Assembly: GCA_016201505.1 (NCBI GenBank)
Contig: JACQCQ010000002.1
Location: 144,903-208,902, forward strand
Reading direction: 5' to 3'
Source of the DNA: Candidatus Sungiibacteriota bacterium
Lineage (GTDB): Bacteria; Patescibacteriota; Minisyncoccia; Sungbacterales; JACQCQ01
Length of the DNA: 64,000 nucleotides
The position numbers and the translations under genes are program-made. Positions 1 to 8,960 of the stretch are shown here, piece after piece; position 1 is the stretch's first letter; each line of letters opens with the position of its first letter. A model generated the notes under the pieces. The model was given only the letters and a program-made list of their open reading frames with translations. It did not search any database and was not told where the DNA came from.

Positions 1-251
1 CGCAGCAATTTGAAAAGCAGATAGAGGCCCTTTTGAAAATACTTGCGCTGACGTGTCCCTCGGAAAAATCAACCATAACCGCTCTCGAGCAGCAGATTAC
101 TCAATTTAACACTGATATAGCCGCGCTCGATACCGCGATCAAAACAAAAAATTACTCGGCCATGAAGCAGGACACAAAAGACCTGCAGGTGCTCATGGCC
201 AGTATGCTGAAAAACGCAAAGGAAATTCAGGCGGTTTGCCTTTCCTCATAG
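1..251 (+). CDS. hypothetical protein, C-terminal part (reading frame open to window start)
   Basis: The 33..251 ORF is in a frame that stays open back to base 3, so the gene probably begins upstream of the window. No recognisable motif. Confidence 0.3.
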   Translation, partial: QQFEKQIEALLKILALTCPSEKSTITALEQQITQFNTDIAALDTAIKTKNYSAMKQDTKDLQVLMASMLKNAKEIQAVCLSS

Positions 252-331
252 GGATGGCTTTTTGGTAAAACGTATGCTGTGAACAATGCGCCTCTCTTCA
301 AGAGGCGCATTGCGTTACAATACCTAGAGCT

Positions 332-1321
332 ATGGAAAACTTTGATTTTATGGCGATCGGCGATACGGTGACGGATGCCTTTATCCGGTTAAAGGACGCC
401 TCGGTCAACTGCGACATCAATCGTGAAAACTGCATGATCTGTATGCGCTTTGCCGATAAGATTCCCTACGAGGCAGTCTACATCGTGCCCGCGGTGGGGA
501 ACTCGGCCAATGCCGCGGCCTCGGCCGCGCGGCTTGGTTTAAAAACTGCTTTTGTCTCAAACATCGGCGACGATTATTTTGGTACCGAGTGCCTCAAGGC
601 TTTAAAAGCCGAACAGGTTGATACGCGTTTTGTCGCCGTCCATAAAGGCCAGAAAACAAATTATCACTACGTGCTTTGGTATGAAGATGACCGGACGATT
701 TTAATTAAACATGAAGGCTACGACTATCAATTGCCGGATATTAATTCCCCCAAGTGGATTTATCTTTCGTCACTCGGTGAAAACTCAAGAGACTTTCATG
801 CAGACTTTAGCAGTTATTTAGCGGCGCACCCGGATATTAAATTGGCTTTCCAGCCGGGCACGTATCAAATTAAACTTGGCAAAGAATCGATCGTGAAAAT
901 CTACCAGCGAACGGAAGTATTTTTCTGCAATAAAGAAGAGTATCAGCGCATTTTAGAAACCAGGGAGGAAGATGTGAAAAAGTTAATGGCCATGATGCGC
1001 GAGTTGGGACCAAAGGTTGCCGTCTTAACGGACGGGCCGCGAGGGTCGTATGCTTTTGACGGGGTTAATGGCTGGTATATGCCGGTCTATCCCGATCCTA
1101 AGCCGCCCTATGAGCGGACAGGCGCCGGGGACGCTTTTTCTTCAACATTTACGGCGGCGCTTGTCCTTGGGTTTGATATTCCAACGGCGCTTCGCTGGGG
1201 GCCGATTAACTCCATGTCGGTTGTGCAATATGTCGGAGCGCGGGAAGGTCTCTTAACACGTGAAAAATTGGAAGAGTATCTTAAAAAAGCTCCAGCTGAT
1301 TACCAGCCAAAGAAGATATAA
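332..1321 (+). CDS. pfkB-family carbohydrate kinase (ribokinase/fructokinase-like)
   Basis: 329 aa. C-terminal GAGDAFSSTF motif and N-terminal di-Gly region typical of the pfkB sugar kinase fold. Confidence 0.7.
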   Translation: MENFDFMAIGDTVTDAFIRLKDASVNCDINRENCMICMRFADKIPYEAVYIVPAVGNSANAAASAARLGLKTAFVSNIGDDYFGTECLKALKAEQVDTRFVAVHKGQKTNYHYVLWYEDDRTILIKHEGYDYQLPDINSPKWIYLSSLGENSRDFHADFSSYLAAHPDIKLAFQPGTYQIKLGKESIVKIYQRTEVFFCNKEEYQRILETREEDVKKLMAMMRELGPKVAVLTDGPRGSYAFDGVNGWYMPVYPDPKPPYERTGAGDAFSSTFTAALVLGFDIPTALRWGPINSMSVVQYVGAREGLLTREKLEEYLKKAPADYQPKKI

Positions 1322-1323
1322 TT

Positions 1324-1734
1324 ATGCAAAGCACGAAATCCGAAGCTCGAAATACGAAACAAAGCGAAAAGAATAATATTAGAAATCCCAAACAATACGA
1401 CTTAGAAGAAAGAACTTTAAATTTTGCCAAAAGAGTCCGAAATTTTGTAAAAAAGTTACCACGTAATATCTCGAATATTGAGGATTCAAAACAGATTATT
1501 CGATCATCGGGCTCTATTGGCGCAAACTATATCGAAGCAAACGAGGCCCTAAGCAAAAAAGACTTTGTCATACGAATTAAAATCTCAGGCAAAGAGTCGA
1601 AGGAAACTAGATACTGGCTACGACTTCTTGACAACGGAAATAATTTAGATTTAGAAAATGAATCTGATCAATTAATTCAAGAAGCTACTGAATTAATGAT
1701 GATTTTAAGCTCGATAATGAGAAATTCTTTATAA
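1324..1734 (+). CDS. four-helix-bundle protein (23S rRNA intervening-sequence protein family)
   Basis: 136 aa. RSSGSIGANYIEA...KKDF...SKETRYWL pattern characteristic of the four-helix-bundle protein usually encoded inside rRNA IVSs. The gene is bracketed by perfect inverted repeats (see the cassette feature at 1329..1783). Confidence 0.65.
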   Translation: MQSTKSEARNTKQSEKNNIRNPKQYDLEERTLNFAKRVRNFVKKLPRNISNIEDSKQIIRSSGSIGANYIEANEALSKKDFVIRIKISGKESKETRYWLRLLDNGNNLDLENESDQLIQEATELMMILSSIMRNSL

Positions 1735-1783
1735 TTTATAAATTTTAATTTTGATATTGCTTCGGATTTCGGATTTCGTGCTT
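1329..1783 (+). mobile_element. IVS-like cassette: four-helix-bundle gene bracketed by 16-bp perfect inverted repeats (AAGCACGAAATCCGAA at 1329-1344, reverse complement at 1768-1783)
   Basis: Inverted repeats read directly from the sequence. The right end also carries a tandem CGGATTT duplication. Confidence 0.4.
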
Positions 1784-1790
1784 CGAATTT

Positions 1791-2657
1791 ATGGATAATC
1801 TTAAAACTATATTAGGCAGGGCAAGAGCAGAAGGTTGGTCGATGGGCCATTTTAACGCCTCCGAGTCCGATCAGTTTCGCGCTATTGTGGAGGCGGCAAA
1901 AGAAGTTGGCTCGCCAGCAATTATCGGGACATCCGAAGGCGAGGCGAAGCACGTAGGCAGACTTGAGGCGGTAGCGCTACGCGAGGCCTTTCGCCGCGAA
2001 TTTAATATTCCGGTCTTTTTAAATTGCGATCATCATAAAAGCGTTGCGGCGGCAAAAGAAGCCATTGATGCCGGATATGATTCAATCCATATTGATTTAT
2101 CGGCCGAGCCGTATGAAGCGAATGTTATGGGAACAATGGAGGTTGTGGCCTATGCCAGAGCCAAAGACACGCTGATTAACGTTGAAGGTGAACTCGGCTA
2201 TTTGCGGGGCGAGTCAAAAATTCAAAATGAGAAAATAAAAGTCTCAAAAAAAGACTACACGGATCCGGAGCAAGCCAAAGATTTCGCAGCGCATACCGGC
2301 ATTGACCGGCTGGCCATTGCCGCGGGGAATATTCATGGCATCTCACTGGACGAACCGGATTTGGATATTGACCGAATCAAGGCGATTCGAGCGCTTGTCC
2401 CTCAAAATGTCGCGCTCGTCTTGCATGCCGCATCCGGTATTCACGATAATCAGATACGGGCGGCGATTGAAGCCGGGATTGCAAATATTCACATTAATAC
2501 GGATATCCGAGTTGCGTATACCGAGGCTTTGCGCAATGAGCTAAAAATTGATCCTGCTGAGACGACGCCCTATAAGTTTGATGCCAAAGCCCGTGAGGTT
2601 CTGAAAGATTTAATTAAGCAGAAATTACGATTATTCGGATCGGTAAATAGGATCTAA
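1791..2657 (+). CDS. fba: class II fructose/ketose-bisphosphate aldolase
   Basis: 288 aa. HFNASE, His-rich metal-ligand pattern (HxDH, IHG, HAASG) and overall class II aldolase architecture. Confidence 0.7.
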   Translation: MDNLKTILGRARAEGWSMGHFNASESDQFRAIVEAAKEVGSPAIIGTSEGEAKHVGRLEAVALREAFRREFNIPVFLNCDHHKSVAAAKEAIDAGYDSIHIDLSAEPYEANVMGTMEVVAYARAKDTLINVEGELGYLRGESKIQNEKIKVSKKDYTDPEQAKDFAAHTGIDRLAIAAGNIHGISLDEPDLDIDRIKAIRALVPQNVALVLHAASGIHDNQIRAAIEAGIANIHINTDIRVAYTEALRNELKIDPAETTPYKFDAKAREVLKDLIKQKLRLFGSVNRI

Positions 2658-2662
2658 AATAT

Positions 2663-3628
2663 ATGAGAGTAGTAATCACCAGAAAAATTCCGGACCGCGG
2701 AATCAAGATGTTAAAAGCCGCGGGATATGATGTTGTCATCAGTCCGCATGATCGGGTCTTAACGCCGGAAGAATTAACTGAAATGGGGAAGGGGGCCGAT
2801 GCGGTTCTCGCCCAGCTTACCGACAAAATAACGCAGGACGTTTTAGAATCTTGGCGAGGAACGGTAAAGATCGTGGCGAATTATGCCGTTGGTTACGACA
2901 ACATTGATATGGCTGCAGCGCGAGGGCTAGGGATCATAATCTCAAATACGCCCGACGTCTTGACCGAGACGGTAGCCGAACATGCTTTTGCCTTACTGCT
3001 TGGGATTGCGCACCGCGTCGTCGAGTCGGACGCTTTTATGCGCGCCGGCAAATATGTCGGCTGGGCGCCGGAACTGCTTTTGGGTACTGATGTCGCGCAC
3101 AAAGTCTTAGGCGTTGTCGGGCTTGGCCGAATCGGCTCTCGCGTTGTGCATCAGGGCGTAAAAGGTTTTGATATGCAAGCCGTCTATTATGATGTGCGTC
3201 GCAACGAGGAGTTTGAAAAAGATACGGGGGCAAAATTCTGTGAGACTCCGGAAGAAGTTTTTAAAACGGCTGATTTTATCTCGATTCACGTGCCGCTGCT
3301 TCCGACAACACGTCACTTGGTCAACGCCGAACGTCTTTCCTTGATGAAGCCAACGGCATATCTCATTAATACGTCGCGAGGTCCGATAGTTGATGAGCAT
3401 GCGCTCGCTGAAGCCCTGCGCGATAAGGTTATTGCCGGTGCGGCCCTTGATGTCTTTGAACATGAGCCGGATATGGATCCTTTGTTGAAAGACTTGCCGA
3501 ATGTCATCGTAACTCCGCATACCGCTTCCGCCACGTTGGAATCCCGCCAGAAAATGGGTGAAGTGGCAGCCAGCAATATCGTTGAAGTACTGGCTGGCCG
3601 TGAGGCGCCCAATGCAGTTAAAACATAG
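2663..3628 (+). CDS. D-isomer-specific 2-hydroxyacid dehydrogenase (glycerate/hydroxypyruvate reductase-like)
   Basis: 321 aa. GLGRIGSRV NAD-binding motif and catalytic R/E/H pattern near the C-terminus. Confidence 0.75.
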   Translation: MRVVITRKIPDRGIKMLKAAGYDVVISPHDRVLTPEELTEMGKGADAVLAQLTDKITQDVLESWRGTVKIVANYAVGYDNIDMAAARGLGIIISNTPDVLTETVAEHAFALLLGIAHRVVESDAFMRAGKYVGWAPELLLGTDVAHKVLGVVGLGRIGSRVVHQGVKGFDMQAVYYDVRRNEEFEKDTGAKFCETPEEVFKTADFISIHVPLLPTTRHLVNAERLSLMKPTAYLINTSRGPIVDEHALAEALRDKVIAGAALDVFEHEPDMDPLLKDLPNVIVTPHTASATLESRQKMGEVAASNIVEVLAGREAPNAVKT

Positions 3629-3647
3629 TGTACTCGCTGGCTCACTC

Positions 3648-3686
3648 GAGCCCCCGCCCGCGGGCGGGGGCTCTTTCATTTTTTTT
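3648..3686 (+). terminator. rho-independent terminator (GAGCCCCCGCCCGCGGGCGGGGGCTC followed by a T-run)
   Basis: GC-rich perfect hairpin followed by TTTCATTTTTTTT, directly after the dehydrogenase stop codon. Confidence 0.8.
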
Positions 3687-3714
3687 AAATTCCTGGTACT
3701 ATTTTTTCGTCATT

Positions 3715-4395
3715 ATGATCACTCTTGAAGCTGAACCACGCAGACTGACGGGGAAAGCCGTGAAGCAATTACGCAAGCAGGATCTCCTGCCGGCCGTTTT
3801 ATATGGCGCCAAAACGGCATCCGAACCCATCATGGTGCCGCTTAAGTCTTTTAAAAAGGTTCTTGCCGAAGCCGGTGAATCAACCCTGATTGCTCTTTTG
3901 ATGAAAGGTAAAGAGGTTAATGTCTTGATTCATGATGTCCTGCGTGATCCATTAACCGAGGCGCCGTTGCATGCTGATTTTTTGGCAGTCCAGATGGATA
4001 AAGAAGTTCGCACCAATGTTCCGCTTGAGTTTATGGGCGAGGCGCCCGCTATTCGGGTGGAGCAAGGAGTCTTGGTAAAAGTCATGCATGATATTGAAAT
4101 TTCCGCTCTGCCCGTGGATCTCCCTTCGCACATCAAAGTTAATTTGGCAGTCCTTCTGCATATTCATGATCGGCTGGTCGTAGAGAATTTAAATATTCCC
4201 CAAGGTGTAAAAGTTATTACGCCCGGTGACGAGGTGGTAGTTTTGATCGAGGCGCCGCGATCCGAGGAAGAACTAAAAGCGCTTGAGACCGCCGAGCCAG
4301 CCGCAACCGTTGAAGTTATGACGGAGGCTGAAATCAAAAAGAAGGTTGAAGATGAAGCAGCCGCGGCTACAGGAGAGATTAAGGAGGTTAAGTAA
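3715..4395 (+). CDS. rplY: 50S ribosomal protein L25 / general stress protein Ctc
   Basis: The start at MITLEAEPRRLTGKAVKQLRK... lies downstream of the terminator. L25 N-terminal beta-barrel signature and an acidic C-terminal extension. Confidence 0.75.
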   Translation: MITLEAEPRRLTGKAVKQLRKQDLLPAVLYGAKTASEPIMVPLKSFKKVLAEAGESTLIALLMKGKEVNVLIHDVLRDPLTEAPLHADFLAVQMDKEVRTNVPLEFMGEAPAIRVEQGVLVKVMHDIEISALPVDLPSHIKVNLAVLLHIHDRLVVENLNIPQGVKVITPGDEVVVLIEAPRSEEELKALETAEPAATVEVMTEAEIKKKVEDEAAAATGEIKEVK

Positions 4396-4399
4396 GCAA

Positions 4400-4436
4400 A
4401 AAACGCCCCGACATCATCACGTCGAGGGCGTTTTTG
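4400..4436 (+). terminator. rho-independent terminator after rplY
   Basis: AAAACGCCCCGAC...GTCGAGGGCGTTTTT hairpin followed by a T-run. Confidence 0.7.
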
Positions 4437-4480
4437 GGTGTGATATAATAACTTGGTAAGGACATCAGTCCGCTTTTTTC

Positions 4481-5878
4481 TTGTATATAAGTCTAAATCA
4501 TCTGGCTGTGTTTAGTAGAATACAAAAGGTAAGTCTATTATTGGTGCTGGTCATTGGGGCTTCGGTTTTTTCTGCGCCGCAGCTGATTTTCGGCGCAAGT
4601 GGGACCCTGACTCTCGCCGAGCGCGATCAGCTGACCCAGCAGTTAAATCAGCTTGAACAACAGTCTCAAGCCATCGGTCAGCAGATCCAGCAGGCCGCGC
4701 AGCAAGCCCGGTCCTTAAAAAACGAGCTTTCAATTTTAGATAACCAAATCAAGCAGGCGCAAATTGAGATTCGGAGGCTCGACTTGGTAATTCGCCAGGC
4801 TGACGCTGATATTTCCGCCAAGGTTGTATCGATTGAACGAACGAGTTTAAAAATCGGCGATGCCGAAAAACAATTAGCGGCTTCGCTCCGTGAGATTAGT
4901 CAGCTGGATAATGGGAATTTGCTTGAAATATTTTTGAAAAATAAAAATCTGTCCGACTTTTTTACCGCTTTGAATAGTCACGAAAAATTGCAGGCTGCGA
5001 TTAAGGGCAGTCTCGATAATTTAAAAGATTATCGGACTTCACTTGAAAATGAAAAAGCAGAACTCCAGGACTTTCGCGAGGGTCAGCAAGAAGCAAAATC
5101 TATTCAGGAAATCAACAAACGAAATCTTTCTGAAAAACGAAAGGAACGAGATGATTTATTAAAGCAAACGCAAGGTAAGGAGTCGCTCTATCAGCAGCTC
5201 CTAAGGAAAAATAATTCCGCTATCGCGGCTATCAAAAACAAATTGTATTACCTCGAGGAAATCGGCATCACGCCGGAAGAAGCCTTGGCTGCGGCAAAAC
5301 TGGCCTCACGGCGGACAAACATCCGCACGGCATTTCTCCTGGCTCTGCTTGAAGTTGAGACCGGCCGCCAGTTTGAAGACGGTCAATTGACCGTCGGTTC
5401 AAATCTTGGCCGAGGCAATTGGAAAACTGATATGTATGACTGTTATGTGAACTTAGGCAGAGTAAGCACCGCCGAGACGCAAAAGGCGGCCTTCTTTCAA
5501 ATTACGGGCGAGTTGGGTCTCGACCCTGATAAAATGCCTGTCTCACGAAAACCAAATTACGGCTGCGGCGGCGCGATGGGCCCCGCACAATTTATTCCAA
5601 CCACCTGGCTCAAATTTTCCGACCGGGTTGCCAGTCTAACGGGAAAAGGTGTGGCCAGCCCCTGGAATACGGAAGACGCATTCACGGCTGCTGCGCTCTT
5701 TTTGGGCGACGCGGGCGCGACTTCTCAAACGAAAGCCGGGGAGTTTGCTGCAGCGCACATCTATATTAGCGGCCGAGCCAATTGCCCTTCGACCGGCAGC
5801 GCCAGGGTCGCTTGTATTTCCTATGCCAACCGCATCTATTCGCTTTCGCAAGATATCGAACGCGCCTTAGAAACTTAA
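4481..5878 (+). CDS. secreted or membrane-anchored coiled-coil protein with a C-terminal lytic transglycosylase (MltB/SLT_2-like) domain
   Basis: N-terminal hydrophobic segment, a long Q/L-rich heptad region, and a C-terminal YGCGGAMGPAQFIPTTW plus DAFTAAALFL region resembling lytic murein transglycosylase B. Confidence 0.5.
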   Translation: MYISLNHLAVFSRIQKVSLLLVLVIGASVFSAPQLIFGASGTLTLAERDQLTQQLNQLEQQSQAIGQQIQQAAQQARSLKNELSILDNQIKQAQIEIRRLDLVIRQADADISAKVVSIERTSLKIGDAEKQLAASLREISQLDNGNLLEIFLKNKNLSDFFTALNSHEKLQAAIKGSLDNLKDYRTSLENEKAELQDFREGQQEAKSIQEINKRNLSEKRKERDDLLKQTQGKESLYQQLLRKNNSAIAAIKNKLYYLEEIGITPEEALAAAKLASRRTNIRTAFLLALLEVETGRQFEDGQLTVGSNLGRGNWKTDMYDCYVNLGRVSTAETQKAAFFQITGELGLDPDKMPVSRKPNYGCGGAMGPAQFIPTTWLKFSDRVASLTGKGVASPWNTEDAFTAAALFLGDAGATSQTKAGEFAAAHIYISGRANCPSTGSARVACISYANRIYSLSQDIERALET

Positions 5879-5951
5879 AATTTTTTCTCTAAAGCCTCAA
5901 CCATATCCTCGGGGTGCCCTGCCCTGATGGATTAAATCTTGTGCCCCGCCA

Positions 5952-7001
5952 TCAGGCGAGGCTCGCCGCGCCGGGCGGCATAGATTGGCAGGCTTCGATG
6001 ATGGGACCTAAATCACCTTCCATGATTTGCTCTATATTGTGAAAATTCTGATTGATACGGTGATCGGTGATGCGATCTTGGGAAAAATTGTAGGTCCGGA
6101 TTTTCTCTGAACGATCGGCGGTGCCGATTTGGGATCTCCGCTCGGCAGCCTGCTTTTTCTCTTCGGCCTCACGCTGGATGTCGTAAATTCGGGCACGCAG
6201 AATTGACATGGCCCGTTCCCGATTTTTTAACTGCGACCTGCCCTCTTGCGAAGTCACGACAAAGCCGGTCGGCAGATGCGTAATACGAACAGCCGTTTCT
6301 ACTTTGTTCACGTTTTGTCCACCGGGGCCAGACGAACGATAAAACTCAACCTTGATGTCTGGGGGCTTAATTTCCACATCAATATCTTTGACTTTGGGGA
6401 GAACTGCAACCGAAGCCGTAGAAGTGTGTATCCGTTCCTGTTTTTCAGTTGCCGGAATCCGCTGAATGCGATGGACCCCCGACTCATAGCGCAGCAACTT
6501 ATACGCATCTTCGCCGTCAACTTCAAAGACTACTTCTTTAAATCCGCCGAGCTCTGACTCTGAAGATGAAATTAATTCAACCTGCCATTTTTTTGATTCT
6601 GCAAATCTGGTGTACATGCTAAAAAGCTCTCTCGCAAAAAGTGAGGCTTCTGTCCCGCCGGCTCCGGCGCGAATTTCAATAATAACGTCAGTCGGCAGAA
6701 TCTCTACCACTTTTTCATTTTCTAGATTGTTGAGCTCCTTTTTTAATTTCTCTGCTTCTGCCGTAAGTCGCGCTATATCTTCTGTCGCCATGTCGGCGAA
6801 TATAGGGTCGGCAGCTAATTTTTTTGACTCGGCTAACTCATGGCTGACTTTTTCAAGTTTTTCGAGAACGGCCTGAATTTTTCGTAATTTTTGCAGCCTC
6901 GCGCCGGCTATTTTGGCATCCGTGCGACTTGAAAGAAACCCGGGATCACTAAGTTTATCAGTCAGCTCGTTTATTTCTTTTTCTATTTCTTGTGAGGTCA
7001 T
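5952..7001 (-). CDS. prfA: peptide chain release factor 1
   Basis: 349 aa. GGQ motif (SGPGGQNVNK) and PAT tripeptide (RIQRIPATE), i.e. RF1 not RF2. Single uninterrupted frame. Confidence 0.85.
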   Translation of the reverse strand: MTSQEIEKEINELTDKLSDPGFLSSRTDAKIAGARLQKLRKIQAVLEKLEKVSHELAESKKLAADPIFADMATEDIARLTAEAEKLKKELNNLENEKVVEILPTDVIIEIRAGAGGTEASLFARELFSMYTRFAESKKWQVELISSSESELGGFKEVVFEVDGEDAYKLLRYESGVHRIQRIPATEKQERIHTSTASVAVLPKVKDIDVEIKPPDIKVEFYRSSGPGGQNVNKVETAVRITHLPTGFVVTSQEGRSQLKNRERAMSILRARIYDIQREAEEKKQAAERRSQIGTADRSEKIRTYNFSQDRITDHRINQNFHNIEQIMEGDLGPIIEACQSMPPGAASLA

Positions 7002-7079
7002 TTGGTTGCTGAATACTAATAGCCTAAATTTTAACCAAACTTAAAAACAATCTTAAACTTAGAATTTAGGGTTTCGTAT

Positions 7080-7328
7080 TTAGGATTTTGTTTTCCGGGC
7101 CCGAGGAGCTTTTGTTTGGGTCGCTACGCGCTTTAAGAGCCGTGTCTTATACTTTTCGACGCGGCCGGCGGCGTCAATTAGTTTTGATTTACCAGTATAA
7201 AAAGGGTGACAATTTGAGCAAATTTCAATTTCCAGGTGCTCTTTGATTGACCCGGTCTTAATCGCGTTCCCGCAGGCGCATTTGATCGTCGCCTTATCAA
7301 AATATGTCGGATGAATGACTTCTTTCAT
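7080..7328 (-). CDS. rpmE: 50S ribosomal protein L31 (Zn-ribbon type)
   Basis: 82 aa. MKEVIHPTY..., CxC...CxxCH zinc ligands. Confidence 0.85.
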   Translation of the reverse strand: MKEVIHPTYFDKATIKCACGNAIKTGSIKEHLEIEICSNCHPFYTGKSKLIDAAGRVEKYKTRLLKRVATQTKAPRARKTKS

Positions 7329-7464
7329 AGTTTGGTAACCCGGCTATTTTACTTAAAAGAAGTGCTAATGTAAAGGCTTGTTCCTAAGCCAATCGAGGCG
7401 CAAAGCTTGCCTAAACGGCTCTTTTTGGCTACCATATGCCAGTGCCTCAAAGAGGCAATTTTCT

Positions 7465-8259
7465 ATGACCTTAGCCGAAATGGATCTGAAAAGCGAATTG
7501 AGTCCGGACGAAGAAATCCAAACCCTTATGAAGGCCGGGGTGCATATTGGGCATGTAAAATCCAAAACTCATCCGGCTATGCGACCTTTTATCTTTACGA
7601 CCAGAAATAACGTCCAGATCATTGATGTTTTAAAAACGAAGGAGTTTTTGGTAAAAGCCGAGGCCTTTTTAGAGAGCGTCCGGGCTCGCGGGGGACTTAT
7701 CCTTTGGGTCGGCACTCGGCCATCGGCGCGGGTTGCGGTTGAACAAGCCGCCAAGAAAACCAGTATGCCCTACGTTACCACGCGCTGGACGGGAGGACTC
7801 TTAACAAATTTCCGCGTGATCTCGAAGCGAGTGCAAGACATGGAGGAGATTGAACGCCAGACGCGTGACGGCGAACTGGAGAAGTACACCAAACAAGAAC
7901 GCGCTCGCATCAATGATGAATATCAATCGCTCGTAAAAGTCCATGACGGTCTCCGCCTCTTAAAAAAGATGCCGGATGCGGTGATTATTATTGACACCCT
8001 GCAGGACAACCTGGCAGTCAATGAAGCGCGAAAAGTCAGAATTCCGATTGTCGCTCTTTCTGACACCAATACCGATCCGAATCTGGTTACCTATTCTATC
8101 CCATCCAATGATGATGCCAGACTCGCCGTCGGCTATATGACTGAACGCTTGGCCGAAGCAATTTTGGAAGGTGCTGAAGAGGCCAAGCGAGTCGAAGCGC
8201 TCGCAAAAGCCAAAGCGGAAGAAGCCAAAGCCAAAGTACAGGAGGAATTGAAAGCATGA
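7465..8259 (+). CDS. rpsB: 30S ribosomal protein S2
   Basis: GVHIGH motif. The start is chosen at MTLAEMD rather than the upstream in-frame ATG. Acidic/Lys-rich C-terminal tail. Confidence 0.85.
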   Translation: MTLAEMDLKSELSPDEEIQTLMKAGVHIGHVKSKTHPAMRPFIFTTRNNVQIIDVLKTKEFLVKAEAFLESVRARGGLILWVGTRPSARVAVEQAAKKTSMPYVTTRWTGGLLTNFRVISKRVQDMEEIERQTRDGELEKYTKQERARINDEYQSLVKVHDGLRLLKKMPDAVIIIDTLQDNLAVNEARKVRIPIVALSDTNTDPNLVTYSIPSNDDARLAVGYMTERLAEAILEGAEEAKRVEALAKAKAEEAKAKVQEELKA

Positions 8260-8372
8260 TCCCGTTAGAAACCGCGACGCGATCGTCAAACGATGAAGAA
8301 AATATGATGAAATGTAAAATCAATAGCCTAATGCAGACACCGCGTAGGGTCGCGATCTGCTTCTAACGGGAT
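8259..8372 (+). repeat. CCCGTTAGA-bracketed element (a): ATCCCGTTAGAAACCGCGACGCGATCG ... GGTCGCGATCTGCTTCTAACGGGAT, exactly filling the rpsB-tsf spacer
   Basis: Terminal inverted repeats read from the sequence. The ends are near-identical to element b1 at 45601-45694 but the interior differs. Confidence 0.6.
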
Positions 8373-8955
8373 GACACTAGGAGAGACAATTAAGGAGCTT
8401 CGGGTAAGAACCGGAGTTTCGGTTATGGAATGTAAAAAGGCGCTTGAGGAGGCGGGCGGCGATTTAGCGGCTGCCGAGAAGATTCTCGCGGGTAAGTTCG
8501 GCGGGATGGCGGCGCGTAAAGCCGCGCGAGAGGCGCGTGACGGCGTGATTGATGTCTATTTACATCCCAATGCAAAGATAGGGGTAATTCTTGAACTTAA
8601 TTCCGAGACTGACTTTGTGGCCCGAAACCCGGCGTTCAAGGACCTGGCGCATGACATCGCGCTTCACATCGCAGCCATGAATCCCAGGTATCGGGCGACA
8701 GAAGACATTACGGCTGATGTTAAGGCCAGAGAACGAAAAGACATCGAGGCCGAAGTGGCCAAAATGGGGGAATCGGGAGTTCTGGCAAAAAATAATGTAG
8801 CCGAGAAACTGTCTTTGCGGCTTCAAGAAATCTCGCTGATGTCACAGCCTTTCATCAAGGATCAAAATAAAAAAATTTCAGATCTGATTGAAGAGGCAAT
8901 CGGCAAGTTCGGGGAAAACATTAAAATCGGCCGGTTCACGCGCTACTCAATTTAA
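8371..8955 (+). CDS. tsf: translation elongation factor Ts (short form)
   Basis: 194 aa. N-terminal UBA-like ELRxxTGxxxMxCKKAL signature. Confidence 0.85.
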   Translation: MTLGETIKELRVRTGVSVMECKKALEEAGGDLAAAEKILAGKFGGMAARKAAREARDGVIDVYLHPNAKIGVILELNSETDFVARNPAFKDLAHDIALHIAAMNPRYRATEDITADVKARERKDIEAEVAKMGESGVLAKNNVAEKLSLRLQEISLMSQPFIKDQNKKISDLIEEAIGKFGENIKIGRFTRYSI

Positions 8956-8960
8956 TCTTC

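Noticed and set aside
2302-2544. Numerous 60-195-aa ORFs embedded within or antisense to fba, rpoB, rpoC, uvrA, groEL, dnaK, ftsK, rnj, the SBP gene and other long genes (for example 40062..40649 on the minus strand, 3107..3679 on the minus strand, 27640..28074 on the minus strand)
   Set aside because: They fully overlap genes with strong conserved-domain evidence. They are typical frame-shadow ORFs of about 50%-GC coding DNA.
5952-7001. Possible RF2 with a programmed +1 frameshift
   Set aside because: The protein has the PAT tripeptide and GGQ motif of RF1 in one uninterrupted frame, with no internal stop or shifty CUU UGA site.
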